Shown here: positions 1 through 12,235 of the stretch, piece after piece
How positions within the stretch are numbered: the first letter of the stretch is position 1
How the letters are laid out: every line of letters starts with the position of its first letter
DNA from: Candidatus Poribacteria bacterium
GTDB lineage: Bacteria; Poribacteria; WGA-4E; PCPOR2b
Direction: 5' to 3'
NCBI GenBank assembly: GCA_965222435.1
Contig: OZ244950.1
Location: forward strand, 1,185,915-1,249,914
Length of the DNA: 64,000 nt
The notes under the pieces: model-generated
Told to the model about the DNA's origin: nothing
The model's database searches: none
What the model saw: the letters and a program-made list of their open reading frames with translations, nothing else
Program-made: the position numbers and the translations under genes

Positions 1-295
1 CGGCGATGTCCAACAACGGCTCATGATAGAGCAGTTGACGGTACACCTCATCATAGTGCCACATCTCCATAATCTGCAGCATCTCCTCCGAACGGTCTGC
101 GGTCTCGTCCTGCTCCGACTCACCGACGACGGCGAGGTTGCGTAGCCCTTCGCCACTTGTACCACGTTTTTTCGCAAACAACGTGTCGTAATGTTCCCGC
201 AACAAAGCGAGGTGATCTTCTGTAATGAGGCGATGTGGAATGTTAAGATACCCTTTCTGCTGAAACTGTTCAACCTGTTGTGGCGTGAGTTTCAT
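1..295 (-). CDS. PhyH (phytanoyl-CoA dioxygenase)-like protein, N-terminal part; the 3' end runs off the window
   Basis: My own minus-strand translation from the ATG (rc at 293-295) gives MKLTPQQVEQFQQKGYLNIPHRLITEDHLALLREHYDTLF..., open to position 1. The N-terminus is PhyH-like. It is absent from the ORF track because there is no stop in the window. Confidence 0.5.
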   Translation of the reverse strand, partial: MKLTPQQVEQFQQKGYLNIPHRLITEDHLALLREHYDTLFAKKRGTSGEGLRNLAVVGESEQDETADRSEEMLQIMEMWHYDEVYRQLLYHEPLLDIA

Positions 296-343
296 AGAAT
301 TCTCCTTCCAATCGGTATAACAGATTCTATCCATAGAAGCACA

Positions 344-1330
344 TTATTCCAGCGCAACAGGCTCCCCAGTCTCCGCTGACCGCTTCACCGCTCGGCAAAT
401 CGCCACCGCTTTCATACCCGCTTCACCACTTGCCCGCGGTTCGCTGCCCGTTTGAATACACTTAGTGAAGTGCTCAATCTCTGCACGAAAAGAATCAAAA
501 TCTAGGTAGTTTTCCTCGTGCAAGGTCTCTGGATCGTTTCGGAAAGAATAGTGCAAAGTGTCCACGCGATCGAACCCGCCTGTCACTTCAGCGACACCGT
601 TTTCGTTGGCAGCGTAGAAATCCTCAAAATTGAACTCTCCCATCGAAACCATGCCAGCGTTGACAACCCCAATCGCGCCGCTTTTGAAGCGCAGGGTAAA
701 CATCGCACAGTCAATCTGTGGTTTCCGGTGCGGCGCAAAGAAGGTCCCGCCCTCGGCGTAAACCCGCTCGACATCTCCCATCAGAAAGCCCAGAATATCT
801 GCGGCATGCACAGCGTTTTCGAGGATAGGTCCGCCCCCATCGTCCTCTGCCCAGAACCAATCTTTGTTCGACATCCCCGGATGCGGATACCGGTGAACCA
901 TGTACTGAATCGGTCCAAATTCGCCTTCCGTCAGTTCCTTCAAACGTAGGAGCGGGGGGATAAACCGTTTCTTGTGTCCAATCTGCAAGACAACGCCTGC
1001 CGATTTGCATACGTCGATCATCTCCTGACAGTCTGCAACCGTGCTCGCCATCGGCTTTTCACACAGTACATGAATACCACGCTCTGCCGCGGCGCGTGTT
1101 AACGCCAAATGAATCTTCGGCGGTGTGCAGATACTAATTGCCGTCAGATCCTCTGTATCCAGCATCTCCTCCGTAGAGGTATAGCCCTTGATACCGTACT
1201 GTGATGCGAAATCGTCTGCAATTTGTGGGACGATGTCACATACGCTGACTAACTCGGCGTCGGGATTATCTGCCCATCGATCAACATGGGCACGACCAAC
1301 ACCCGCTAATCCAATCACTGCAACTTTCAT
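344..1330 (-). CDS. Gfo/Idh/MocA-family NAD(P)-dependent oxidoreductase
   Basis: N-terminal Rossmann motif MKVAVIGLAGVGRAH, an EKP motif (CEKPMA), and typical length (328 aa). Confidence 0.85.
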   Translation of the reverse strand: MKVAVIGLAGVGRAHVDRWADNPDAELVSVCDIVPQIADDFASQYGIKGYTSTEEMLDTEDLTAISICTPPKIHLALTRAAAERGIHVLCEKPMASTVADCQEMIDVCKSAGVVLQIGHKKRFIPPLLRLKELTEGEFGPIQYMVHRYPHPGMSNKDWFWAEDDGGGPILENAVHAADILGFLMGDVERVYAEGGTFFAPHRKPQIDCAMFTLRFKSGAIGVVNAGMVSMGEFNFEDFYAANENGVAEVTGGFDRVDTLHYSFRNDPETLHEENYLDFDSFRAEIEHFTKCIQTGSEPRASGEAGMKAVAICRAVKRSAETGEPVALE

Positions 1331-1399
1331 GCGATACTCCTAATATATTCTAACCCAAGTTGCCGTTTTCACTCCAGCGGAACGATATGTGTTGTGGGG

Positions 1400-1650
1400 T
1401 AGGTAGCAACTTACGTTATTCTATTCAAGGATAATAACCCTATCTGTTCTGTAGTTTAGCAGAGAGGATTTACAGAGTCAAGGCAAACGAAAGTTGACAT
1501 ACTCCCCGCCCTGAAGGAGGGGTATTCTTGTGTCCTTCAGTAACGGTGATTGTGCTATCAACAAGGACAGCCAGCCGAAGATGGTCTTACGTCCTCTCCT
1601 TCAAGGGTTGATGCCCCAACCCTGTAGATGTTAATTGCAGCGTTTCTATC
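1400..1650 (-). ncRNA. Candidate TnpB omega/reRNA region (3' end of tnpB plus the downstream right end)
   Basis: By analogy with IS200/IS605 TnpB elements. An 8-bp hairpin CTGAAGGA...TCCTTCAG and GTCAA...TTGAC lie just downstream of the tnpB stop. Boundaries are not determinable from the sequence alone. Confidence 0.3.
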
Positions 1651-2730
1651 ACGGTCATGGATAGCACCACAATCAGCACACTGCCAAGCTCTATCATGTA
1701 GGTTCAACGCTTCATTCACGGTGCCGCAAGCCGAACAGGTCTTACTCGAAGGATACCACTTGTCTATGAAGATGATTTTTACACCTTTTTTGTCAGCGAT
1801 ATACACCAATTTCTTGACGAAATCGGCAAAGCCTAAGTCACTAACTTTGCGTCCCCAAAGGGCTTTCATGCCTGTGAGGTTCAAATCCTCAAGACGTATT
1901 TCGTCGTATAGGTCCGTGAGCTCGTGTGCAAGTTTCCAGTGGAAGTCCTCTCGTTGGTTGCCTATCTTACGATGTTTGCGTGCTAAATCAAGTCTTGCCC
2001 GTTCACGGTTCTTTGACCTTTTCTTGGTTCGTAAATGGTTGCGATTGGCACGTTTGATAGCATTGATACTCCGTTTGAAAAACAGAGGCGATTCTATATC
2101 ATGTCCGTTAGACCCGGTGAGATACCGTTTTAGACCGAAATCAAAGCCTGCGATTTTACCCGTCATGACCCGATTCAGGTCTGGTTCTACATGGTCTGTT
2201 AGCACACAGATATAGATGTCACCTACGGCATCCCGCTTAATTGTGCAACGGTTTGGGTTGCCCAAAATATCACGGGACTTGAAATACTGATAGATATGTT
2301 TACCGATTTTGATACGATTGCCCGGTAGAAGCTTCCAACCGGCTTGAAGTAATGTGAATGACTTGTACTTGCGACGAGGCTTGAAACGCGGTCTACCCCA
2401 CGCTTTACCTCGCGCTCTCGCTTCAAACATTGCCTTGTAGCCTTTGTCGATACGGGCTGCCACGTCTTGAATCGCCTGGCTCGGAAGTTGATTCCAATGA
2501 GAAAATCGAGGCAATTGTTTGAGTTTAGATATGTGATTTATCAATCTAAACTTGCTGATATATTTGCCATAAATTGCATAATAACGTCGATGGAGGGCAA
2601 CGCAATGATTCCAGACAGAAGCGTGTCCGTCTATGGTCTTATGCAATTCACGATTACCGTGATTAGAATACATTTTGAACTTGTAGGTTTGCATTATGGT
2701 CAGCTTTCTAGCTTTCATATCCTGTTTCAC
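1558..2730 (-). CDS. tnpB: TnpB (OrfB) RNA-guided nuclease of the IS200/IS605 family
   Basis: N-terminus has MQTYKFKMY (the likely true start is at 2694). RuvC motifs are GFDFG, RLEDL and DRDRNAAINI. A zinc finger CSACG...CADCG is present. Confidence 0.9.
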   Translation of the reverse strand: MKQDMKARKLTIMQTYKFKMYSNHGNRELHKTIDGHASVWNHCVALHRRYYAIYGKYISKFRLINHISKLKQLPRFSHWNQLPSQAIQDVAARIDKGYKAMFEARARGKAWGRPRFKPRRKYKSFTLLQAGWKLLPGNRIKIGKHIYQYFKSRDILGNPNRCTIKRDAVGDIYICVLTDHVEPDLNRVMTGKIAGFDFGLKRYLTGSNGHDIESPLFFKRSINAIKRANRNHLRTKKRSKNRERARLDLARKHRKIGNQREDFHWKLAHELTDLYDEIRLEDLNLTGMKALWGRKVSDLGFADFVKKLVYIADKKGVKIIFIDKWYPSSKTCSACGTVNEALNLHDRAWQCADCGAIHDRDRNAAINIYRVGASTLEGEDVRPSSAGCPC

Positions 2731-3101
2731 GAGGAAGCGGGAGACCCTATCATGCGATAGGGGTGAAACTCTCCCGCGAAAGCCAAGAAAAGTATACCAT
2801 ATTTTACCTACAAAATCCCCCTTTTTTTGACTAACTAACGGGGCTTGCCGTTCTGTATCCCCGACTTAAAAGACGGGGTTTTAGAACGGAAGATTTTGAT
2901 AAAATTAGGGCAATCGCATGTAAATATTATGTAGGGCTTTGGCATACGACAATGTCAATCTAATCGTAGCCACAGGTGCTAGTTGGTCAATTGTCTAATT
3001 TCTATAACAGATGCAATTCCCCTACAGATAAAACTTGACAACGGATAGTGAATCTTCTACACTAAAAGCTAGCAGCCATTCTGAGTTGTTCGTGGGAGGA
3101 G

Positions 3102-3344
3102 GTGTCTACATTGATCTGTCCCAAATGCGGCGGTAAAGTACAAACGCTTAAAAACGAATCTGCATTTTGCCTAGATTGCGAGTGGGATAACTTGGACCAA
3201 ATCCCTCAATCGGGGCAACGGGCAGATTGCAGGCACCTGTGGGTTTTACAGGTAAACCAAGCCGATGGAACATCACAGTGGTGGTGTGTGCACTGCTCTG
3301 AACGTCGTGACTTTCAGATGGCATTGATGTATCTGAGACCGTAG
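3102..3344 (+). CDS. Small zinc-ribbon protein (hypothetical)
   Basis: GTG start after the RBS GGGAGGAGG. Cys pairs CPKCG...CLDC and CVHC. Confidence 0.4.
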   Translation: MSTLICPKCGGKVQTLKNESAFCLDCEWDNLDQIPQSGQRADCRHLWVLQVNQADGTSQWWCVHCSERRDFQMALMYLRP

Positions 3345-3391
3345 GGAATGTCTCGAATTCAGGTTTCTAAGGAGAACAGGGAGATTATTTT

Positions 3392-4114
3392 ATGGGTTTT
3401 TCATTAGCAGATAAGGTTGCCATTGTCGTGGGGAGTAGCAGTGGCATGGGGAGAGCAACCGCGGTCACTTTTGCCGAAGCAGGGGCAAAGGTTGTGCTTG
3501 CTGCACGGAGTGCCGATAAGCTCGCAGCGTTGGCGGAAGGGATTGGCGAGAATGCAATCGCCTGCCCGACCGATGTGCAAGATTCGGCAGCCGTGGATAG
3601 GCTCATTGCCACAACATTAGAACACTTTGGACGGATTGATGTGCTCGTCTACGTCACCGGCACAAACATTCCCGAACGAAGCCTTGAAGTTTTATCCAAC
3701 GAAACGTGGGATATGATGATCCAGACGAACCTGACCGGAGCGTTTTACTGTACGAAAGCAGTCCTGCCAACGATGCGTCATCAAAAGGACGGCTTAATTA
3801 TCTATGTCTCCAGTGGAGCGGTGCAGCGTCCCGATACATCTGGCGTCTCCTATCAAGCAACCAAGCACGGGATGGTCGGTCTCGCTCACGGCACGTTCCA
3901 AGAAGAAAAGGAGAACGGTATCCGCACCTCAATGCTCTTCCCCGGTTTGACGGATACGCCGCTCGTCCTGCAACGTCCTGTGCCAACCCCACGCGAAGTG
4001 ATGGCAAAATCTCTACAACCACAGGATGTCGCCGATGCGTGTCTATTGGTTGCCTCGCTACCAGCGCGGGTTTATGTCCCAGAATTAGTGATGCTGCCTT
4101 CGGGTTTAGCGTAG
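3392..4114 (+). CDS. Short-chain dehydrogenase/reductase (SDR)
   Basis: Cofactor motif GSSSGMGRA, catalytic YQATKHG (YxxxK), 240 aa. Confidence 0.85.
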   Translation: MGFSLADKVAIVVGSSSGMGRATAVTFAEAGAKVVLAARSADKLAALAEGIGENAIACPTDVQDSAAVDRLIATTLEHFGRIDVLVYVTGTNIPERSLEVLSNETWDMMIQTNLTGAFYCTKAVLPTMRHQKDGLIIYVSSGAVQRPDTSGVSYQATKHGMVGLAHGTFQEEKENGIRTSMLFPGLTDTPLVLQRPVPTPREVMAKSLQPQDVADACLLVASLPARVYVPELVMLPSGLA

Positions 4115-4122
4115 TCAGAATC

Positions 4123-6315
4123 ATGCCGTTATCCAATCAAAAACTGAAAATGGTCAAGAGATTTACCTCTGTTCTTATTTTTTTAATCTTCATTCCAACA
4201 CTCCTCTTTGCTCAAGAGGATCTACTCGTCAAGATTCCTCAAAGTTCCAACCAACACCTCCAGTTTCTGCAAGCGCATCACGGGATCAAGTTACGCTATC
4301 GCACACCTGATTTTGCCATCATTCAAGTCCCCTTAACTTCCGGTTCCATTGGGGCGAGTCCGAGTGTCTTGACCGAGCTACCAGACCCACAAGTTCTGGA
4401 TACAGTTACGCCCGGTTTCAACTACTACGTCCTCTGGCTCCCTTCAGCGGAAGAGCGTGCGGCAATTGAGGCGTATGGGGAAATTTTACACCAGTTCGGT
4501 GGCTTTTCCCTGCTCAAGTTGCACGCCAATCTTGAATCCGTCCTGTTAGATCTGCCAGTGCATCACCGTGCGAAGCTGCCCGCCAATGTCGTCTTGCCGG
4601 AATTTCAGCCTCCCTCGTTCGCTCCGAGTATACCCGCGTCGCCCCAGCAGCAATCGGTCATTCAAGGACTACTCGACCAAGCAGATGGCTCTAGATGGCT
4701 TTGGCAGACTATCGCCCTCGTCGAGAATGAAGACCTCCGGAAGCCGGGACAGTTTTTCCGAAGCCGGTACGCGCTCCGAGTCCGCGATGCCGTTCAATTT
4801 GATGACAAGCCGAAACCCGACCACGCCTGCGATAACTCCGCAGACTACATCGCCCAACAGTTTCGCAGCTACGGTCTGAAGGTCGAATTTGATCCGTTTG
4901 ACCACCGGCGTCGATCCGCACTTGGGTCGTTGGTGGGAGAATACGTGATGCGGAATGTGGTCGCCACGCTGCCGGGGAAAGGTCCAAACAAAGACCGAAT
5001 CTACCTGATGGTGGGACATTATGACAGCATCGCCTCCAAAACCCCCGGTTGGGATGGGGGATGGAGAAGGATGGCTGCACCGGGTGCCTCCGATAATGCG
5101 TCAGGCATCGCCGAAATGCTGGAGACCGCGCGCATTCTGAGCCAGCAAGATTTTGACTTCACGGTTCGATTTATCGCCTTTTCGGGGGAAGAGTTGTTTC
5201 TGTTCGGAAGCAAACACTATACACAGTTGGTTCGGGAGCGTGGAGATGACATCGCCGGCGTCATAAACTTCGATCTTCTAGGACACGATCCAGACGGGAA
5301 CTTAGATATCCATGTCCTTGGCGATGAGCAGTCACAATGGCTCGTCAACGCTTTCGGCACCGCTGCGGAACAATACAGATTGCCGATAGATCTACGCCTG
5401 AAAAACGATCCCAGTTTTATCTTCAGTGATCACTCCCCATTTTGGGACATCGGCATTCCGGCGGTGATGGTGGCGGAGGAATCATCCCTCGATGCGCCGG
5501 ACGAATCGACCGAATATATCCACAGCCAAGAAGATGACTTGACCAAAATCTCGATACCGCTGTTGGGGGAGCTGGCTATCAAGTTAGCTGTAGCGACCCT
5601 CGCCGAACTCGCTGGTCCCATCGTTGGGTCAGGCGATCCACTGAACCCTGATATCTTCTGGGAATCCGAAGGCATCACCGTTTCCAACCCCTCTCCTACC
5701 AAAGGGGATGAGGTCATCATCACCGCAGATGTGACAAACGCGGGTCCCAGCCCTGTTGAGAACATCACCGTTCAGTTTGTCGTTGTCAATCCCGACGGAA
5801 GCTCCGAAACCCTACCCGAACAGAGCGTAGACCTGAGCGTCAACCAATCGCAAACAGTCACCGCTCGCTTCACACCAGCCACTTGGGGCGTATTTACCCT
5901 CCGTGCCCTAGTAAACGACGATACGCGTGTCTTTGAGTCCAATTTCAATAACAATCGGATCGAAACCGAATTGACGGTGGCGGATCCGCGCGTGACCATC
6001 GAAAACATCGTTGCCTACCCGAACCCACTCCGTCTCAACCAGCTGAATGCTGCTCTCAAACTGACTTATGCACTGAGTCGTGATGCGGAGGTTATCGTCT
6101 CCATCTACGACACCGTCGGTGAGCAGGTTCTTGAAAGTGTATTTCTGGCGGGAGACAACGGCGGTCGATTGGGCGCAAATGACGCTTTTACTTGGGAAGG
6201 CAGGCGGAACTTCTTTGAGTTTGTCACGCCCGGTATTTACATCTGCCGTATCACCGCAACCGATGCAGATGGCGAATCGCGGACGGAAGGTACAAAAATC
6301 GCTGTGATTCGGTAG
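4123..6315 (+). CDS. Secreted M28-family aminopeptidase with a CARDB-like domain and a C-terminal FlgD-Ig/T9SS-type sorting domain
   Basis: Signal peptide KRFTSVLIFLIFIPTLLFAQ. M28 motifs are GHYDS, GASDNASG and FSGEELFLFGS. The C-terminus has NPLRLN...GIYICRI. The ORF-track start at 3706 overlaps the SDR gene and is rejected; the start is 4123 or 4150. Confidence 0.8.
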   Translation: MPLSNQKLKMVKRFTSVLIFLIFIPTLLFAQEDLLVKIPQSSNQHLQFLQAHHGIKLRYRTPDFAIIQVPLTSGSIGASPSVLTELPDPQVLDTVTPGFNYYVLWLPSAEERAAIEAYGEILHQFGGFSLLKLHANLESVLLDLPVHHRAKLPANVVLPEFQPPSFAPSIPASPQQQSVIQGLLDQADGSRWLWQTIALVENEDLRKPGQFFRSRYALRVRDAVQFDDKPKPDHACDNSADYIAQQFRSYGLKVEFDPFDHRRRSALGSLVGEYVMRNVVATLPGKGPNKDRIYLMVGHYDSIASKTPGWDGGWRRMAAPGASDNASGIAEMLETARILSQQDFDFTVRFIAFSGEELFLFGSKHYTQLVRERGDDIAGVINFDLLGHDPDGNLDIHVLGDEQSQWLVNAFGTAAEQYRLPIDLRLKNDPSFIFSDHSPFWDIGIPAVMVAEESSLDAPDESTEYIHSQEDDLTKISIPLLGELAIKLAVATLAELAGPIVGSGDPLNPDIFWESEGITVSNPSPTKGDEVIITADVTNAGPSPVENITVQFVVVNPDGSSETLPEQSVDLSVNQSQTVTARFTPATWGVFTLRALVNDDTRVFESNFNNNRIETELTVADPRVTIENIVAYPNPLRLNQLNAALKLTYALSRDAEVIVSIYDTVGEQVLESVFLAGDNGGRLGANDAFTWEGRRNFFEFVTPGIYICRITATDADGESRTEGTKIAVIR

Positions 6316-6347
6316 GTTTCGGACGAGGGTCAAGGGAGAACGAAAAA

Positions 6348-7487
6348 ATGCAGGTGACACCCAATCGACAAACCGCTCCCAAGCACGTTCTCATCAGCGT
6401 TGTTGGACTTTCACCCCAAGTAATCACAGAAACCCTCTACTGCTACTGGTGCCTTGCTTCACCGCCTATCCCAATCACCGAAGTTTTTGCCTTGACTACG
6501 CTACGTGGCAAGCAAGCTTTAGAAGATACGCTTCTCGGAGATAATGGTAAACTCAAGTCCCTTCGCAACGACTACAATCTGCCACCAATCCACTTGGATC
6601 TGGCGAATGTGTATCTCCTAAAGGGTGCAAGCGGACAGCCACTGGAAGACATTTCGAGTGTGATTGACAACGAATCCCTTGCAGATCAACTCTTTGCGTT
6701 CGTCCGAAAGTTGGCTACCTCGACCGATATTTGCCTACATGCCTCTATCGCGGGGGGACGCAAAACTATGGGGCTTTATATCGGCTTGGCGATGCAATTT
6801 TACGGTAGACCGGGCGATACCCTTTCCCATGTCCTTGTGAATTCTGAACTTGAAAATCAGGAGTTTTTCTATCCACCACCAGACGGTGTCGATGTCATTT
6901 TGAACAATGGACGTACAATTCCTGCGGCTGAGATTCGGCTTGAGCTTGCGGAAATCCCACTGCTGCTACTTAGGGAGAAGATCCCCTTTCTCAAGGAACA
7001 TACTGACGCCGGCTACACGGAATTAATCGGGATTGCTCAACGGGAGTATAATGCGTTGCAAGCGATCTCCCCTGTCATTGTTAATACATTCTCCTGTTGC
7101 TTGGAAATTGGGGAAGCCACCATCAATCTCACACCCCTTGAACTTGCACTCTATCTGTTTTTTGCGCGGCAGCACCTAGAAGGGCAAGTTGAGGATAGAT
7201 ACTCCATTTCACGTTTTGATATTCGGGAGGGATTGCTGACGGCTGCACTTAGAGATATCGTATCTCAAATTCCCGCACGTGATTTCCGCCTAGAGGGGTT
7301 GAAAGGTTGGGAAAATGATCCAATTGCCCGCTTTTCCCAAACTCGATCCAATATCAACAGAAAAATTAGAGAGAGGTTGGATGACCTCCAGTCTACTCAC
7401 TATCAAATTCAGTCTTGGAATCCTTCATCAAATCAAGACGATATCTGCTACGGACTAGCACTTGCCAAAGACTCTATCCAATTCTAA
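6348..7487 (+). CDS. CARF-domain protein of the Cas_NE0113 (TIGR02584-like) type with a C-terminal OmpR/PhoB-like winged-helix domain
   Basis: N-terminus HVLISVVGLSPQVITETLY and SIAGGRKTMG are hallmarks of that family as I recall it. The C-terminus has LTPLELALYLFFAR...RSNINRKIRERL (wHTH-like). The gene lies directly upstream of cas10. Confidence 0.7.
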   Translation: MQVTPNRQTAPKHVLISVVGLSPQVITETLYCYWCLASPPIPITEVFALTTLRGKQALEDTLLGDNGKLKSLRNDYNLPPIHLDLANVYLLKGASGQPLEDISSVIDNESLADQLFAFVRKLATSTDICLHASIAGGRKTMGLYIGLAMQFYGRPGDTLSHVLVNSELENQEFFYPPPDGVDVILNNGRTIPAAEIRLELAEIPLLLLREKIPFLKEHTDAGYTELIGIAQREYNALQAISPVIVNTFSCCLEIGEATINLTPLELALYLFFARQHLEGQVEDRYSISRFDIREGLLTAALRDIVSQIPARDFRLEGLKGWENDPIARFSQTRSNINRKIRERLDDLQSTHYQIQSWNPSSNQDDICYGLALAKDSIQF

Positions 7488-7500
7488 CTCTACTCATAAA

Positions 7501-7540
7501 ATAAAAATTGAGTTGCTACGATAAAAACCGAGTTGTTATC
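7501..7540 (+). promoter_or_regulatory. Two tandem 20-bp direct repeats abutting the -35 of the csm operon promoter
   Basis: ATAAAAATTGAGTTGCTACG / ATAAAAACCGAGTTGTTATC, 15 of 20 identical, exactly head-to-tail. Confidence 0.45.
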
Positions 7541-7541
7541 C

Positions 7542-7570
7542 TTGAACATTCTCAAAATAGGATGTATATT
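7542..7570 (+). promoter_or_regulatory. Candidate sigma70 promoter of the cas10-csm operon
   Basis: TTGAAC, 17 nt, TATATT. A palindrome CTTGAaccTCAAG (7583-7595) lies between the promoter and the RBS. Confidence 0.4.
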
Positions 7571-7605
7571 TTGTGTCAAAATCTTGAACCTCAAGAGGTG
7601 ACCAC

Positions 7606-10306
<2,701 letters not shown>

Positions 10307-10317
10307 GGAGGAACGAA

Positions 10318-11148
10318 ATGGCAAGCATTCAACTTCAAGGAAAGATTTTTATCATAGGTGAAATCGAAGCGACGACGGGACTACACATCGGTGGAAGCGC
10401 GGGTGAATTGGACATCGGTGGTGTAGATAACCCCGTCCTCCGAAACCCGCTCACTCGTGAGCCGTACATCCCCGGCTCATCTCTGCGCGGCAAGATGCGG
10501 TCTCTGCTCGATCGGCACCTTGACCGACCCCTGAATAAATTCATCCGTCGGAATCCCCCACAGGTTCGTGTCCACGAGTGTGATAAGTCGGCTGACTACA
10601 AGGAGTGTTCGGTTTGTCAGGTCTTCGGTGTCGCGCCGACCCGCGACATGGGAGACACGATGCCCACGCGCTTGATTGTCCGCGACGCACTTTTGACCGT
10701 CGAGACAAGGGAGCGTTTTGACCAGATTGACACCGATATGCCGTATACAGAGGTCAAAACCGAGGTCGCAATTGACCGCATCACTTCGGCGGCAACACCA
10801 CGCCAAAACGAGCGTGTGCCTGCAGAAGCCACCTTCGGTCCAATGGAGATGGTCCACAGTCTCTATACCCTCGATACTGATTCCGAGGGAAGCATTGACC
10901 GTGAAATCGCACTTTTTGACGCGGTGTTGACGGGCATGGAGCTGCTCGAAGACGACTACCTCGGCGGTTCCGGGTCACGCGGCTCCGGGAAAATTGCCTT
11001 CCGTGAGTTGCAGGTAATTTTCAAATCCCGAAAGTATTACGAGGACCCGCAATCAGTATCGCTCATCACGCTTGCCGAAGGGGATGGCATTGAGGCGTTG
11101 CGGGATGCGGACTATCAAAGCCAGATTTCAGAAGCAATCCAAGCGTAG
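10318..11148 (+). CDS. csm3: Csm3 (Cas7 backbone/RNase subunit)
   Basis: GLHIGG, GGVDNPV (catalytic Asp region), IPGSSLRGKMRS, and a Cys-rich insertion CDK...CSVCQVFG. Confidence 0.9.
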   Translation: MASIQLQGKIFIIGEIEATTGLHIGGSAGELDIGGVDNPVLRNPLTREPYIPGSSLRGKMRSLLDRHLDRPLNKFIRRNPPQVRVHECDKSADYKECSVCQVFGVAPTRDMGDTMPTRLIVRDALLTVETRERFDQIDTDMPYTEVKTEVAIDRITSAATPRQNERVPAEATFGPMEMVHSLYTLDTDSEGSIDREIALFDAVLTGMELLEDDYLGGSGSRGSGKIAFRELQVIFKSRKYYEDPQSVSLITLAEGDGIEALRDADYQSQISEAIQA

Positions 11149-11159
11149 GGAGGAACTTC

Positions 11160-12146
11160 ATGTCAAAACATGTTACCTACCATCTCAACTTCCGCTCACC
11201 CCTCCGTCTTGGTCGGCGCGGCGTTGGGTTGGAGGCAACCGAAATCTCAATCCCCGCCGACACCCTCTTTTCAGCGATTTGTCAGACGTGGCGGACATTT
11301 TACGGGGAGGAAGATCTCACCGATTTTTTGGCTCAGTACGAAAAGGGTGAACCGTTTCTGTTGACCTCTGCCTTCCCCTTTGCGGGCGATATCAGATTCT
11401 TCCCCAAGCCGTTAATCGATCTCAAGGTTAATGCCGACGATGAGCGCAAAAAACTCAAAAAGGTTCGCTTTCTCTCCGAGAGACGTTTTCGTCAAATCGT
11501 GGACGGTGAACCGGTTGTTTTTGATTCCGATGACTTAATAAAGGACAAAAACTTAATCAACGATGGACAACTCTGGATTCACGACGATGACAAGTGCCCA
11601 CGCACCGTTTGGAAAACTGACAGGAGACCTCGCGTGACCCTTGACCGCCAATCGTCCTCGTCGGAAATTTGGCATTTAGGGGGTGTTAAGTTTCAGGAAG
11701 GCTGTGGGTTGTGGTTCGGTGCAAAGTTCGATACCCACGAGACTCAAACACGCGTCGAAACGATCCTCCGTGTTCTCGGTGACACAGGTATCGGCGGTGA
11801 GCGGAGCGCGGGATACGGGATCTTTGGCCTCCATAGCGAACCTGCCGAGATTGAATCAGAGCGAGAGACGGATCGGTTCGTTACGCTCTCACCGATCTGC
11901 CCGCGAGACACCGATGAATTGGACGTGCTCATCCAAGGTGATGTCGGTTATACACTAGAGGAACGCTCCGGTTGGATCGGTTCTACTGAGGGGAGTGGTC
12001 TGCGTCGTCAGCAGGTCTGGATGTTTGGGGAAGGCTCTGTGTTGAGCGGGGATGGCGCACGGGTTGGTCGTCTCGTTGACCTGAAACCGGGGGCGTGTCC
12101 CCACCCCGTCTGGCGATACGCCTACGCTTGGCCCATAAAGATATAG
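11160..12146 (+). CDS. csm4: Csm4 (Cas5-like RAMP)
   Basis: RAMP G-rich loop GIGGERSAGYGIF; position in the operon. Confidence 0.85.
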   Translation: MSKHVTYHLNFRSPLRLGRRGVGLEATEISIPADTLFSAICQTWRTFYGEEDLTDFLAQYEKGEPFLLTSAFPFAGDIRFFPKPLIDLKVNADDERKKLKKVRFLSERRFRQIVDGEPVVFDSDDLIKDKNLINDGQLWIHDDDKCPRTVWKTDRRPRVTLDRQSSSSEIWHLGGVKFQEGCGLWFGAKFDTHETQTRVETILRVLGDTGIGGERSAGYGIFGLHSEPAEIESERETDRFVTLSPICPRDTDELDVLIQGDVGYTLEERSGWIGSTEGSGLRRQQVWMFGEGSVLSGDGARVGRLVDLKPGACPHPVWRYAYAWPIKI

Positions 12147-12162
12147 ATGTGCTTTACCATTC

Positions 12163-12196
12163 AGAAACCGAGTTTTTTCGGAAAAACTCGGTTTCT
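12163..12196. repeat. Palindromic repeat AGAAACCGAGTTTTT-loop-AAAAACTCGGTTTCT (family P; other copies at 20141-20192, 54897-54928, 57579-57611)
   Basis: Read directly. All four copies lie 12-30 nt downstream of a stop codon. Confidence 0.8.
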
Positions 12197-12235
12197 TGAC
12201 ACCGGCACTGCCAACTTTACAATCGGGGGAAAATT

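Larger units (their letters stand above)
1400..2890 (-). mobile_element. IS200/IS605-family (IS1341-like) element carrying only tnpB; no tnpA
   Basis: tnpB ORF flanked by subterminal hairpins (CCCCGacttaaaagaCGGGG at 2858-2882; hairpins at 1500-1545). Ends are approximate. Confidence 0.4.

Noticed and set aside
3706-4122. N-terminal 139-aa extension of the M28 peptidase ORF overlapping the SDR gene.
   Set aside because: It lies out of frame over a well-supported SDR CDS. A signal peptide begins right after the internal ATG at 4123/4150.
7503-7514. A 12-nt identity (AAAAATTGAGTT) between the csm promoter repeat and the spacer at 26490-26526, as a possible self-targeting or regulatory spacer.
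   Set aside because: A 12-mer match between 71 spacers and 64 kb on both strands is expected by chance several times.
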